From: an uncultured Candidatus Rokubacteria bacterium
GTDB taxonomy: Bacteria; Methylomirabilota; Methylomirabilia; Rokubacteriales; CSP1-6
Direction: 5' to 3'
DNA: 64,000 bases
Assembly: GCA_963762145.1 (NCBI GenBank)
Contig: CAVXJS010000019.1
Coordinates: 356,371-420,370, forward strand
In this document: positions 30,737 through 40,910 of the stretch, piece by piece
How the letters are laid out: the number at the start of each line of letters is the position of its first letter
Position numbering within the stretch: the first letter of the stretch is position 1
The notes under the pieces: generated by a model
Databases searched by the model: none
What the model was told of the DNA's origin: nothing
Seen by the model: the letters and a program-made list of their open reading frames with translations, nothing else
Translations under genes and position numbers: made by a program

Positions 30737-31600
30737 TCAGAACGGCAGCTCGGGCTCGTCGTGCGAGGGAGACATGAACCCCACCGGCATCAGGACCGTC
30801 GAGCGGGCCCAGCCCACGCGCCCGCGCCAGTCCACGAGGATGAGACCGCCCTGGCCGCGGCCCTCCTCGACCAGTACGCTCAGCGCGACCTCGCACGCGT
30901 GGCTGGGGTCGCCGACCGTCTTCATGATGTCGAGCGCACGCCGCGCCAGGGTGACGCGGATGATGGCCTCGCCGTCACCGGTGCACGACACGCCGCCGAG
31001 CGTGCTCTCGGCATAGGTGCCGCAGCCGATGAGGGCACTGTCACCCACGCGTCCGGGCAGCTTCCCCGACGTGCCCCCGGTCGAGGTGGCCGCCGCGATG
31101 GTGCCACGGCGGTCGAGCGCCACCGCGCCCACCGTGCCGGCCTGAAGGGCGGCCAGACGCCGGCGCTGCGGCTCGGTCACGAGCTCGCCGGGGTGGCAGA
31201 GCGCTACGCCGAGCTCCTCGGCCCGCGTGAGGGCGCCGGGCCCCGCAAACAGCGAGTGCCGGCCCGACTCGAGGATGCGCCGGGCCAGCGTGATCGGATT
31301 GCGGACGCCCGAGACCGCCGCCACCGCCCCATTCCGGAGCTGGTCGCCTTCCATGATGGACGCGTCGGTTTCCACGGTGCCGGCGGCGGTCAGGACGGAG
31401 CCCCGCCCGGCATTGAAGCGCGGATGGTCCTCGAGGTGGCGCACGGCCGCTTCCACCGCGTCGAGCGCGGTGCCGCCCCCGGCGAGGGCGCGCCAGCCCG
31501 CGATGACCGCGTCGCGCACGCCCTCGCGAAGCTCCTCGCGGCCGCCCGGATCGGCACCGGCGCCGCCGTGCACGATCAACGCGGGGACGCGGCTTGTCAT
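30737..31600 (-). CDS. Isoaspartyl peptidase / L-asparaginase (Ntn hydrolase)
   Basis: IVHGGAG, FNAGRG, DASIM, GTVGAVALD, TSTGG..K.PGRVGDS. Confidence 0.9.
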   Translation of the reverse strand: MTSRVPALIVHGGAGADPGGREELREGVRDAVIAGWRALAGGGTALDAVEAAVRHLEDHPRFNAGRGSVLTAAGTVETDASIMEGDQLRNGAVAAVSGVRNPITLARRILESGRHSLFAGPGALTRAEELGVALCHPGELVTEPQRRRLAALQAGTVGAVALDRRGTIAAATSTGGTSGKLPGRVGDSALIGCGTYAESTLGGVSCTGDGEAIIRVTLARRALDIMKTVGDPSHACEVALSVLVEEGRGQGGLILVDWRGRVGWARSTVLMPVGFMSPSHDEPELPF

Positions 31601-31629
31601 GACTCGGCGCCGATCGGTATCATGCCCGG

Positions 31630-32355
31630 GTGATTGTCGGTCAATCCGCATCACAGGACAAGTCGGGACGCGATGCGCTCACCGTCCTCGCGCGGCGGAT
31701 CGTGCGCTGCCGGATCTGCCCGCGCCTGGTGCGCCATCGCGAGGCGGTCGCGGCGGCGCCCCCGCGCCGGTATCGAGGCCAGCGCTACTGGGCGCGACCG
31801 CTCCCGGGCTTCGGAGATCCGGCGGCCCGGGTGCTCCTCGTGGGGCTGGCGCCCGCCGCGCACGGAGGCAATCGCACCGGGCGGATGTTCACCGGCGACC
31901 GGAGCGGCGACTGGCTCTTCCGTGCGCTCCACGAGGCCGGCTTCGCGAATCAGGCCACATCGACGGATCCCGGCGACGGGCTGCAGCTCCAGGGCGCCTA
32001 CATCACGGCCACCGCGCGCTGCGCGCCGCCGGCGAACAAGCCGACACCGATGGAGATGGATCGCTGCCGTCCGTTCCTGCTGGAAGAGCTGCGGCTGCTG
32101 CCCGACGTCCGGGTGGTGATCGCCCTGGGCAAGATCGGATGGGACGCCTACCTGCGCTCGCGGCGGGCAGCGGGACTCGCGGTGCCGCGGCCCCTGCCGC
32201 GATTTGGCCATGGCGCGGTTGCGGCGATGCCCGACTGCGGGCCCACGCTCCTCGGGTGCTTTCATCCGAGTCAGCAGAACACGTTCACCGGGAAGCTGAC
32301 CCGGGAGATGCTTCGCGCGGTGTTCGTTCGAGCACGGGGGCTGGTGGGGCGGTGA
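31630..32355 (+). CDS. Uracil-DNA glycosylase, family 5 (UdgB-like)
   Basis: [45 protein letters not shown]. Confidence 0.9.
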   Translation: MIVGQSASQDKSGRDALTVLARRIVRCRICPRLVRHREAVAAAPPRRYRGQRYWARPLPGFGDPAARVLLVGLAPAAHGGNRTGRMFTGDRSGDWLFRALHEAGFANQATSTDPGDGLQLQGAYITATARCAPPANKPTPMEMDRCRPFLLEELRLLPDVRVVIALGKIGWDAYLRSRRAAGLAVPRPLPRFGHGAVAAMPDCGPTLLGCFHPSQQNTFTGKLTREMLRAVFVRARGLVGR

Positions 32356-32401
32356 GCCGGGAGGGGAAGGGGACCACTCCCCTCGGGTGTTACCATGGAG
32401 C

Positions 32402-33745
32402 GTGCGTCGCGTGAGTCCACTCCTGGTTCTCGTGCTGTGCCTGATGCTCGCGACCGCGGCGCCGACCGCGGCGCAGCAGCTCGCGGTCACCGAGGCCACG
32501 CTCGACAACGGGCTGCGGGTGCTCGTGCAGGACGACCCGCGCAACCCGATCGTGGCGGTGCAGGTGTTCTACCGCGTGGGCTCGCGCAACGAGCGGCCGG
32601 GGGCGACCGGCCTCGCCCACTTCCTCGAGCACATGATGTTCAAGGGCACGCCCACCTATGGCCGCGGGCAGATCGCGCGCCTGATCGAGGCGAACGGCGG
32701 CCGGGACAACGCCTACACCACCAAGGACGTGACCAGCTACTACACGAACATCGCGGCGGACAAGCTCGACCTGGTGCTGCGGATCGAGGCGGACCGGATG
32801 CGGCACCTGCTCCTGGACGCCGCCGAGATCGATTCCGAGCGGAAGGTCGTGACCGAAGAGCGCCGGATGCGCACGGAGGACGATCCGGACGGGCTGGTGT
32901 ACGAGGAGATGAACTCCCTCGCGTTCAAGGCGCATCCCTATCGCTGGCCCATCATCGGGTGGATGTCGGACATCGCCCGCATCAACCAGGCCGAGCTCCG
33001 CGCGTTCTACAACGCCTACTACCAGCCCAACAACGCGATCCTGGTCATCGCGGGCGACGTCCGCGCGCCCGCCGCGCTGGCGATGGTGCGGCGGCACTTC
33101 GCCGGGCTTCGCCGGGGACCCGCGCCGCCGCCGGTGACCGCGATCGAGCCGCCCGCCATCGACGAGCGCCGGCTCGTGGTGCGCCGCGAGCAGGCCCAGC
33201 TCCCGATCGTCAACATCGCGTGGCACGTGCCGAACCACACCTCGCCCGATGCCCCCGCGCTCGAGCTGCTCTCCACGCTGCTGTCGTCCGGGCGCGCCTC
33301 GCGGCTCTACCAGAAGCTGGCCTACGAGAAGCGCATGGTCCTGAGCGCGGGCGGGGACTATTCCTACTTCTCGCTGGATCCCTCGCTCTTCTGGTTCTAC
33401 GCGGCGCCGCTGCCCGGCCAGACGCCCGAGGCGGTCGAGGAGGCCCTGCTCGGCGAGATCGAGCGGCTGAAGCAGGAGGTGGTGCCCGAGGAGGAGCTGG
33501 CCCGGGCGCGGAACCAGATCGAGGCCTCCTTCGTCTGGCAGCAGGACTCGGTCTTCTCGCGCGCCTCGGTGCTCGGACGCTTCGAGATGCTGGGCTCCTG
33601 GCGCTTGCTCGACGGCTACCTGCCGAAGATCCGCGCGGTCACCGTCGCCGACGTGCAGCGGGTGGCGCGCACCTACTTCCCCCTCGATCGCAAGAACGTC
33701 TCGATTCTGCTACCCCCGGAGCCGGCCGCCCCGGCCTCCCGGTGA
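32402..33745 (+). CDS. M16 zinc peptidase, catalytic subunit, exported
   Basis: Signal peptide; TLDNGL, VGSRNE, AHFLEHMMFKGT (HxxEH), EERRMR, YQPNNA; exact start uncertain. Confidence 0.9.
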   Translation: MRRVSPLLVLVLCLMLATAAPTAAQQLAVTEATLDNGLRVLVQDDPRNPIVAVQVFYRVGSRNERPGATGLAHFLEHMMFKGTPTYGRGQIARLIEANGGRDNAYTTKDVTSYYTNIAADKLDLVLRIEADRMRHLLLDAAEIDSERKVVTEERRMRTEDDPDGLVYEEMNSLAFKAHPYRWPIIGWMSDIARINQAELRAFYNAYYQPNNAILVIAGDVRAPAALAMVRRHFAGLRRGPAPPPVTAIEPPAIDERRLVVRREQAQLPIVNIAWHVPNHTSPDAPALELLSTLLSSGRASRLYQKLAYEKRMVLSAGGDYSYFSLDPSLFWFYAAPLPGQTPEAVEEALLGEIERLKQEVVPEEELARARNQIEASFVWQQDSVFSRASVLGRFEMLGSWRLLDGYLPKIRAVTVADVQRVARTYFPLDRKNVSILLPPEPAAPASR

Positions 33746-33771
33746 GCGTCCCGACGTCCCGGGTTCGCCCG

Positions 33772-34764
33772 ATGGCCTCCCGGCTGGCCAAGGGCACCCT
33801 GGTTCTGGCGCTCCTGCTCGTGCTGGGCCTGGCGTATGCCTACGGCGGGCGGCTCTTCGGGTCGGGGAACGGCAAGCCCGCGGTGAGCGTCACCGGAACG
33901 ATCGAGGCCATCCAGGTGGACGTGAGCGCCCGGATCGCGGGTCGCATCATCGAGCGGCCCGTCAACGAAGGCGACCGGGTCGTCGCCGGCCAGCTCCTGG
34001 TGAGGCTCGACGAGACCGAGCTGGCCGCGGAGGTCCGGCGGCAGGAGGCGGCGGTGCGGACCTCCGAGTCCGCCCTGAACGACCTGCTGGCGGGGGCGCG
34101 ACGCGAGGAGATGGAGGACGCCCGGGCGGCGCTCCAGAGCGCCTCGGCGACCCGGGAATGGACCGAGCGCGACTTTCGCCGGGCCGAGGGGCTGTTTCGC
34201 CAGACCCTGATCGCGGCCCAGGAGGTGGACCGGGCACGCCAGGCCTACGAGGTCGCCGCGGCCCAGGAGAAGTCGGCCCGCCAGAAGCTCCTGCTGCTCG
34301 AGGCCGGCTCACGTCCCGATCAGGTCGAGGCTGCCCGCGGCCAGCTCGCCCAGGCCCACAACGCGCTGGACATGGCCAGGACCCGACTCAAGGAAATGAC
34401 CATTCTGTCGCCACTTGATGGCGTGGTCCTTCGGAAGAACCTCGAAGTTGGCGAGCTGGCCAGTCCGGGCGTGCCGATCCTCACCCTGATGAAGCCGTCC
34501 GACATCTGGGTGCGAGCGTACGTCCCCGAGGAAGAGGTGGCGCGGATCAAGGTGGGCAGCCCGGCGCAGGTCGCGGTGGACGGGTATCCGGCCCGGCGGT
34601 TTCCCGGCCGGATCACCGAGATCGCGGCGGAGGCCGAGTTCACGCCCGGAACGTCCAGACCCGGAAGGAGCGGCGTGAACCTGGTCTTCCGGATCAAGAT
34701 CGCGGTGGACAACCCGGAGGGCATCCTGAAGCCCGGCATGCCCGCGGATGCCGATATTGACTGA
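33772..34764 (+). CDS. HlyD-family membrane fusion protein (YbhG-like)
   Basis: N-terminal TM, VTGTIEA, GDRV..GQLL, coiled coil, [15 protein letters not shown]. Confidence 0.87.
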   Translation: MASRLAKGTLVLALLLVLGLAYAYGGRLFGSGNGKPAVSVTGTIEAIQVDVSARIAGRIIERPVNEGDRVVAGQLLVRLDETELAAEVRRQEAAVRTSESALNDLLAGARREEMEDARAALQSASATREWTERDFRRAEGLFRQTLIAAQEVDRARQAYEVAAAQEKSARQKLLLLEAGSRPDQVEAARGQLAQAHNALDMARTRLKEMTILSPLDGVVLRKNLEVGELASPGVPILTLMKPSDIWVRAYVPEEEVARIKVGSPAQVAVDGYPARRFPGRITEIAAEAEFTPGTSRPGRSGVNLVFRIKIAVDNPEGILKPGMPADADID

Positions 34765-35819
34765 GCCGGGCGGTCACGCGGTCGTCACCCGGGGGCTGAC
34801 GCGGCGCTTCGGTCGGCACATCGCGGTGGACCACCTGGATCTCGAGGTGCGCGCGGGCGAGCTGTACGGCTTCCTGGGGCCGAACGGGGCGGGGAAGTCC
34901 ACCACGCTCCGCATGCTGTGCGGGCTGCTGCGCGCCGAGCGAAGGGGGCGGTACCGGTGCTCGGCATCGACCTGGTCGCCGAGCCCGAGCGCATCAAGTC
35001 GGTGATCGGCTACATGTCCCAGAAGTTCTCCCTCTACGACGACCTCACGTGAACGAGAACCTGACGTTCTATGCCCGCGTCTACATGGTGCCCGCGTGCG
35101 ATCCGGCCCGCGGATCGCCCAGATGATCCAGCTCGCCGACCTGGGCGGACGCGAGCGTCAGCTCGCGGGCACCGCTGTCGGGCGGCTACCGCCAGCGCCT
35201 GGCCCTGGCCTGCGCCCTCGTGCACGCGCCGCGGCTGGTCTTCCTCGACGAGCCCACCGCGGGTGTGGACCCGGTGTCGCGGCGGAACTTCTGGGGCCTG
35301 ATACGCCGCCTGGCCGACGAGGGCACGACGATCCTGGTGACCACCCACTACATGGACGAGGCCGAGCTCTGCGACACGCTCGGATTCATCTACCAGGGCA
35401 AGCTGATCGCCCAGGGCTCACCCGCCTCCATCAAGACCACGACCTTCCGCCAGCCGGTCATGGAGGTGGAGACCGCGGAGCTGCGCCGCGCCGCCGACGT
35501 GCTGGGAGACTGGGACGCGATCCGAGGAGGTGCAGCGCGTCGGCGCGCGTGCTGCGCCTGGTGGTGCGGAGACCACGCCTGACCCCGGCCGACGTCGAGC
35601 GGGCATCTGCGGGCCGAAGGGCTCGAGGTCCGCTGGGTGCAGGAGGTGGAGCCCTCGGTCGAGGATCTCTTCGTCTCCTTCGTGGACAAGCAGCGCAAGG
35701 CCCGCCTCCGCGAGCAGCTCCGCGCCCTCGACCCCGGAAGCGCCCCTCACCCCATCCCTCTCCCCAGGGGGAGAGGGGCACGTCGGACACCCTCTCCCCC
35801 TGGGGAGAGGGCAGGGTGA
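34757..35819 (+). CDS. ABC transporter ATP-binding protein, frameshifts
   Basis: [51 protein letters not shown]. Confidence 0.85.
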
Positions 35820-35853
35820 GGGGCCGGAGGTGAGGGGCCTGGAGGTGAGGGGG
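35743..35853. repeat. REP-like family A inverted pair plus tandem GGAGGTGAGGGG partial copies
   Basis: CCCCTCACCCCATCCCTCTCCCCAGGGGGAGAGGG ... CCCTCTCCCCCTGGGGAGAGGGCAGGGTGAGGGG. Confidence 0.85.
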
Positions 35854-35857
35854 CTAG

Positions 35858-36985
35858 ATGGGCTCGCGTCTCCTCGGCATCATCGTGAAGGAGTTCATCC
35901 ACCTCAAGCGCGACATGCTCGCCCTCGTGCTCGCGCTGGCGGTGCCGGTGGCCATGCTCTTCATCTTCGGCTGGGCCATCAACACCGACGTCAAGCACAT
36001 TCCCACCGCGGTCTTCGAGCAGTCCGGCAGCCTCGAGGCGGAGCTCTTTCTCGAGGCGATGGAGAACAGCCAGTACTTCGACGTCCGCCGGCGCGTCACG
36101 AGCCACCACGAGCTGACGCGGCTGATCGACTCGGGCGAGGCGAAGGTCGGCGTGGTGATCCCGCCCGACTACGCCCGGCGCCTCACCCGGCAGGACGCGG
36201 CGATCCAGGTGATCGTGGACGCCTCGGATCCCCAGGTGGCGACCTCGGCGCTCAACGCGGCCACCTCGCTCGGCGCCCAGCGCTCGCTGCAGGTGCTGAC
36301 CCGGACGCTCGAGGGCACGCGGCTCTCGCGCCAGGCGGAGCCGCCGGTGGACGTGCGGGTCCGCGCCTGGTACAACCCGGATCTCGTCTCGGCGATCTTC
36401 ATCGTGCCGGGGCTGATCGGCGCGCTGCTCATGCAGACCACCATCACCGCGATGGCGGTCTCGGTGGTGCGCGAGCGCGAGAAGGGCACGCTGGAGGCGC
36501 TGATCGTGAGCCCCATCCGGCGCTGGGAGCTCCTGCTCGGCAAGATCGTGCCGAACCTGCTGGTGGCCTTCGGCCAGATGACCATGGCCCTCCTGGTCGC
36601 GCACTACGTCTTCGACGTGCCGATCCGGGGCAGCCTGCCGCTTCTTTACGCGCTCTCCCTCGTATTCATGATGGGCACGCTCGGCGTCGGCATCCTGCTC
36701 TCGGCGGCCTCCCGCACGGTGCCGCAGGCCATGCAGCTCGCGTTCCTCACGTTCCTGCCGTCCATCTATCTCTCCGGGCTGCTCTTTCCGATCGAGGGCA
36801 TGCCCACCGGGGCGCAGTACCTGGCCGCGATCATCCCGCTCACCTATTTCCTGAAAATCGTGCGCGGTATCATCCTCAAGGGCGTGGGCTTCGAGTACCT
36901 GTGGCCCTCGCTCGTGCCGCTGATGATCTTCGGGACGGTCGTGTTCTCGCTCGCGGTGCTCAAGTTCCGCAAACAGCTCGATTGA
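35858..36985 (+). CDS. ABC-2 permease (YbhS/R-like)
   Basis: KEFIHLKRD, VIPPDY, WYNPDL, VREREKGTLEAL..SP, LSGLLFPIEGMP. Confidence 0.9.
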   Translation: MGSRLLGIIVKEFIHLKRDMLALVLALAVPVAMLFIFGWAINTDVKHIPTAVFEQSGSLEAELFLEAMENSQYFDVRRRVTSHHELTRLIDSGEAKVGVVIPPDYARRLTRQDAAIQVIVDASDPQVATSALNAATSLGAQRSLQVLTRTLEGTRLSRQAEPPVDVRVRAWYNPDLVSAIFIVPGLIGALLMQTTITAMAVSVVREREKGTLEALIVSPIRRWELLLGKIVPNLLVAFGQMTMALLVAHYVFDVPIRGSLPLLYALSLVFMMGTLGVGILLSAASRTVPQAMQLAFLTFLPSIYLSGLLFPIEGMPTGAQYLAAIIPLTYFLKIVRGIILKGVGFEYLWPSLVPLMIFGTVVFSLAVLKFRKQLD

Positions 36986-36999
36986 CGAGAGAGGCCCTC

Positions 37000-38290
37000 A
37001 TGCGAGTCATCCTGGCCGTGCTGCTGCTCCTGCTCGCCGGGCCCGCCCAGGCCGCGGGCCCGCTGGCGCATCGCGAGGTCCTGGCCAACGGGGCGGTGCT
37101 GCTGGTGGCCGAGCGGCCCGCGATCCCCATCGTGGTGGTGCGCGTGGGCGTGCCCGCCGGCGCGGTGCGCGATCCGGCGGATGCGCTGGGCGTCGCCAAC
37201 CTCACCGCCGCGCTGCTCACGCGCGGCACCGCCCGCCGGACCGGCCCGGAGCTGGATCGCGCCATCGAGTTCGTGGGGGGCAGCCTCGAGGCCGGCGCGG
37301 GAAGCGACGGGGCGGCCGTCACGCTCTCGGTGCTCAAGAAGGATCTCGCGCTCGGGCTCGACCTCCTCGCCGAGGTGCTGCTGCAGCCCGCGTTCGCTCC
37401 CGACGAGCTGGGCCGCAGGGTGGCGGACATCCAGGCGTCACTGCGCCGAGCGGAGCAGGAGCCCGAGACCGTCGCGCGCGCGCGAGCTGAGCCGGCTGAT
37501 GTTCCCCGGGCATCCGTACGGGCGGCCCCCGTACGGCACCATCGAATCCGTCGGGAAGATCACGCGCGAGCAGGTGAGCACGTTCTACCAGCAGCACTAC
37601 CGGCCGGACGGGGCCAGCATCGTGGCGGTGGGGGACGTGACGGTCGCGGAGATCCGCCGCGAGCTGCTGCAGCGCCTGGCCGGCTGGACCGCGCCGGCGG
37701 CGCCGGTGGGCGCGGTGGCGAAGGCGTCGGTCATCGCCGCCGTCGAGGAGCGCAGGATCGTCCGGGACCTGACCCAGACCACGGTGCTCCTCGGGCGTCC
37801 GACCATCAGACAGGATGACCCGGACTACTTTCCCCTCTCGGTGGCCACGTACGTCCTGGGCGGCGGGTCCGCCTCGCGACTCTACACGCGCGTGCGAGAG
37901 GAGCGGGGATTCGCCTACTCCGTCTACAGCTCCGTGATGCCGGCGCGCTACGGGGCCTCGGACCTCGTCTCGCTGCAGACGCGGACCGACGGGGTGGTGG
38001 AGGCCGTGCGGCTCACCCGGGAGGAGATGGCGCGGCTCGCGCGGGAGCCGATGGCGCCCCGGGAGCTCTCCCTCGCCAAGTCCTACCTCATCGGGAGCTT
38101 CCCGCTGCGCCTCGACACCTCGGACAAGCTCGCGCGCTTCCTCGGGGCGGTCGAGGAGAACGGGCTGGGGCTCGACTATCCGGACCGCTACAAGGAGCGG
38201 ATCGCGCGAGTCACCGCCGCGGACGTGCAGCGGGTCGCCGCGAAGTACCTGGACCCCGCGACCTTCTCGGAGGTTCGGGTCGGTCGCTAG
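37000..38290 (+). CDS. M16 peptidase, non-catalytic partner subunit, exported; frameshift near 37480
   Basis: LANGAVL, GVANLTAALLTRGT (no HxxEH), HPYG, LGGG..SRLY..VREERGFAYSV. Confidence 0.87.
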
Positions 38291-38296
38291 CGCGGC

Positions 38297-38846
38297 TCAC
38301 CACCACCAGCCGGGATAGTACCGGCGCGCGCCCAGGTAGAAGGGGTCGTAGTAGTAAGGCCCGAATGGGCCGAAGCCCCAGGGGTACGGGTAGTAGGCGG
38401 GGCCCACCAGCACGTCCTTTGGCCAGAGGCGGATCCGCTCGACCTTGATCACCGGATAGCGGTAGGGGACCTCGCCGATCTTGCGCTCCTCCTCGCCGAC
38501 GACCTCGCCCACCACGGTGATGCGCCGGCCCGGGGCGTAAACGGCGGGATCGAGGAACTCCGGCGTGCTGGAGGAGGGCACGGCCGGGCGAGCTATCGAT
38601 GCGCTCCGGGGAGTCGTCGCCGCGGAGCCGCCGCAGCAGGAGCTCGATCTCGGTGACGCCCGGGCGGGGCTGGATCCCGAGGACCTCGCCCCCCACGATG
38701 ACCCGCGTGCCCTTGAGCGCGGCCGACTGACTCACGAGCTGGTCGGCGGTGATCCGCGTGTCCACCGTGCGCATGACGGACTCGGGGAAGGCGGTCGCGC
38801 AGCCACCGACCAGAACTCCCAGCAGGATCAGCCAGAGCCCGCGCAT
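38297..38846 (-). CDS. Slp-family outer-membrane lipoprotein, frameshift
   Basis: LVGGC lipobox; RVIVGGEV, FLDPAVYAPGRRITVVG, YRYPVI..I.LW; Tyr/Pro-rich tail. Confidence 0.8.
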
Positions 38847-38904
38847 GAGCCCACGATACCGCCCGGTCGGAGAGGTCGCAATCGCTGTGCTACAATCCGC
38901 GCAC

Positions 38905-39495
38905 ATGAGGCGGGGTCGCTCATGCCGGCGGTGGTGCTCGGTGATGGCGGCCTGCCTGTCGCTGATCTGCACTGCTCCCCTCGATGCCGCCCTGTTTGCC
39001 CTCACACCGCCGGACCGCGAGGAAGCCATGCGGGTCGGGCGGCGCAGCGTGACCACGGAGAGCTGGGGCGGGGAGTGGCGGGTGAGCGGCGAGGAGGGGC
39101 AGGTCGTCACGGTCATGACCCCGTTTCATCGGCTGGCCCTTGCCGCGCGCAACTCGGCCTTCCAGGACAAGGAGCTGAAGCCGCGTGAGGTCGAGTCGGT
39201 GCTCAAGGACCAGCAGGGCAAGATCGTGCTGTGGGCGACCCTGCGGGGCACCAAGGCGGACTTCGCGCGCTTCTACACGCCCGCGTTGATGGCGCGGCAA
39301 CAGGCGATCAAGGCCTCCTTCACCCAGAACGAGCGGACGGCGCTGCGGGGCGACGACGGCAAGTTCACCGCGCGCTGCGTGTACGTGTTCCCCGCGGAGG
39401 GCCTGAATCCGGGGGACACCGTGACGCTCCTGGTGCGGGACAGCGACGACAAGGTGGTAGCCAAGTTCACGGTCGACCTCTCGACCATGCGCTAG
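38905..39495 (+). CDS. Hypothetical exported protein
   Basis: Signal-like N-terminus, coding-like codon usage, precedes the thioredoxin gene. Confidence 0.6.
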   Translation: MRRGRSCRRWCSVMAACLSLICTAPLDAALFALTPPDREEAMRVGRRSVTTESWGGEWRVSGEEGQVVTVMTPFHRLALAARNSAFQDKELKPREVESVLKDQQGKIVLWATLRGTKADFARFYTPALMARQQAIKASFTQNERTALRGDDGKFTARCVYVFPAEGLNPGDTVTLLVRDSDDKVVAKFTVDLSTMR

Positions 39496-39517
39496 AGGCG
39501 GAAAGGACGCCCCGACG

Positions 39518-39928
39518 GTGACCCCGGAACGGTTCGCGGAGGGCCTGACCTTCCCGCAATACCTGGCTCAGATGCGCTCCAACAAGGAGCGCTTCGAGAA
39601 GCGAATGGCCGATGCGGAGATCACCCCCGCCGATCGGGAGGCGCTCCGCGGACGCAAGCTGAAAGTCCTGGTGATCACCGAGGACTGGTGCGGCGACGCG
39701 CTCGTGGGCTTTCCCGCGCTGGCCCGGCTGGTCGAAGACGCGCCCGACGTCGAGATGCGCGTGTTCCTGCGCGACGCGAACCCGGACGTCATGGACCAGT
39801 ACCTCAAGAAGGGGCTCTACCGCACCATCCCCGTGATCGTCTTCTTCGACGAGCAGATGAACGAGCTGGCGCGCTACATGGAGCGCCAGGACGTGGTGAC
39901 CGAGCTGCGCACCTTGCTGAAGGTCTGA
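39518..39928 (+). CDS. Thioredoxin-like protein (WCGD type)
   Basis: LVITEDWCGDA, FLRD.NPD.MDQY, RTIPV. Confidence 0.82.
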   Translation: MTPERFAEGLTFPQYLAQMRSNKERFEKRMADAEITPADREALRGRKLKVLVITEDWCGDALVGFPALARLVEDAPDVEMRVFLRDANPDVMDQYLKKGLYRTIPVIVFFDEQMNELARYMERQDVVTELRTLLKV

Positions 39929-39941
39929 GGAGGACCGAGCC

Positions 39942-40910
39942 ATGAAGGCGATTCGCGTACACGCTCCGGGTGGTCCGGAAACCATGAAGCTGGAGGAGGT
40001 GGCGGCCGCGGCCCCGGCGGCCGGACAGGCCCAGGTGAAGCTCGAGGCCTGCGGGGTGAACTACATCGACGTGTACTTCCGCACCGGCGCCTACAAGGCA
40101 CCCCTCCCGCTGACCCCCGGCATGGAAGGGGCGGGCACCGTGAGCGCGGTCGGCGCGGGCGTCTCCGACGTCAAGGTGGGCGACCGGGTGGCGTGGACCG
40201 GCGTGATCGGCTCCTACGCCCAGATGCTCTCGGTTCCGGCCGACCGCCTGGTGGCCCTGCCGGACAAGCTCACGTTCAAGGACGGCGCCGCGGCGATGCT
40301 CCAGGGGCTCACCGCGCACTACCTGGTGACCTCCACCTGGCCGCTCAAGAAGGGCGAGACCGCCCTGGTGCAGGCCGCCGCGGGCGGCATGGGACTGCTG
40401 CTCTGCCAGATGGCCAAGATGCGCGGCGCGACCGTGATCGGGACCGTCTCCACCGAGGAGAAGGCGGCGCTGGCGAAGGCGGCGGGCGCCGACCACGTCA
40501 TCCTCTACACCAAGCAGGACTTCGAGCCCGAGGTCAAGCGCATCACCGGCGGCCGCGGCGTGGACGTCGTCTACGACGGCGTGGGGGCGAGCACCTTCGA
40601 CAAGGGGCTCAGCTGCCTGCGCCCGCGCGGCCTCATGGCCCTCTTCGGCGCGGCGAGCGGGCCGGTTCCGCCGCTCGATCTGCAGCGCCTGAACGCGGGC
40701 GGCTCGCTGTTCATCACGCGCCCGAGCCTGAACCATCACATCGCCACCCGCGAGGAGCTCATGCAGCGCTCCACGGAGCTGCTCGGCTGGATCCGCGACG
40801 GGAAGGTCAAGCTGCGGGTGGAGCACCAGTTCCCGCTGGAGCAGGCCGCCGAGGCCCATCGCCAGCTGGAGGGCCGCAAGACGACGGGGAAGATCCTCCT
40901 GATTCCGTGA
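39942..40910 (+). CDS. qor: NADPH:quinone oxidoreductase
   Basis: GVNYIDVYFRTG, PGMEGAG, AAAGGMG, VVYDGVG, GSLFITRPSL, RKTTGKILL. Confidence 0.9.
   Translation: MKAIRVHAPGGPETMKLEEVAAAAPAAGQAQVKLEACGVNYIDVYFRTGAYKAPLPLTPGMEGAGTVSAVGAGVSDVKVGDRVAWTGVIGSYAQMLSVPADRLVALPDKLTFKDGAAAMLQGLTAHYLVTSTWPLKKGETALVQAAAGGMGLLLCQMAKMRGATVIGTVSTEEKAALAKAAGADHVILYTKQDFEPEVKRITGGRGVDVVYDGVGASTFDKGLSCLRPRGLMALFGAASGPVPPLDLQRLNAGGSLFITRPSLNHHIATREELMQRSTELLGWIRDGKVKLRVEHQFPLEQAAEAHRQLEGRKTTGKILLIP

Noticed and set aside
35050-35052. In-frame TGA in the ABC ATPase as possible selenocysteine
   Set aside because: The expected DLTV.ENL motif is restored by adding one G; this is a frameshift, not a Cys position.
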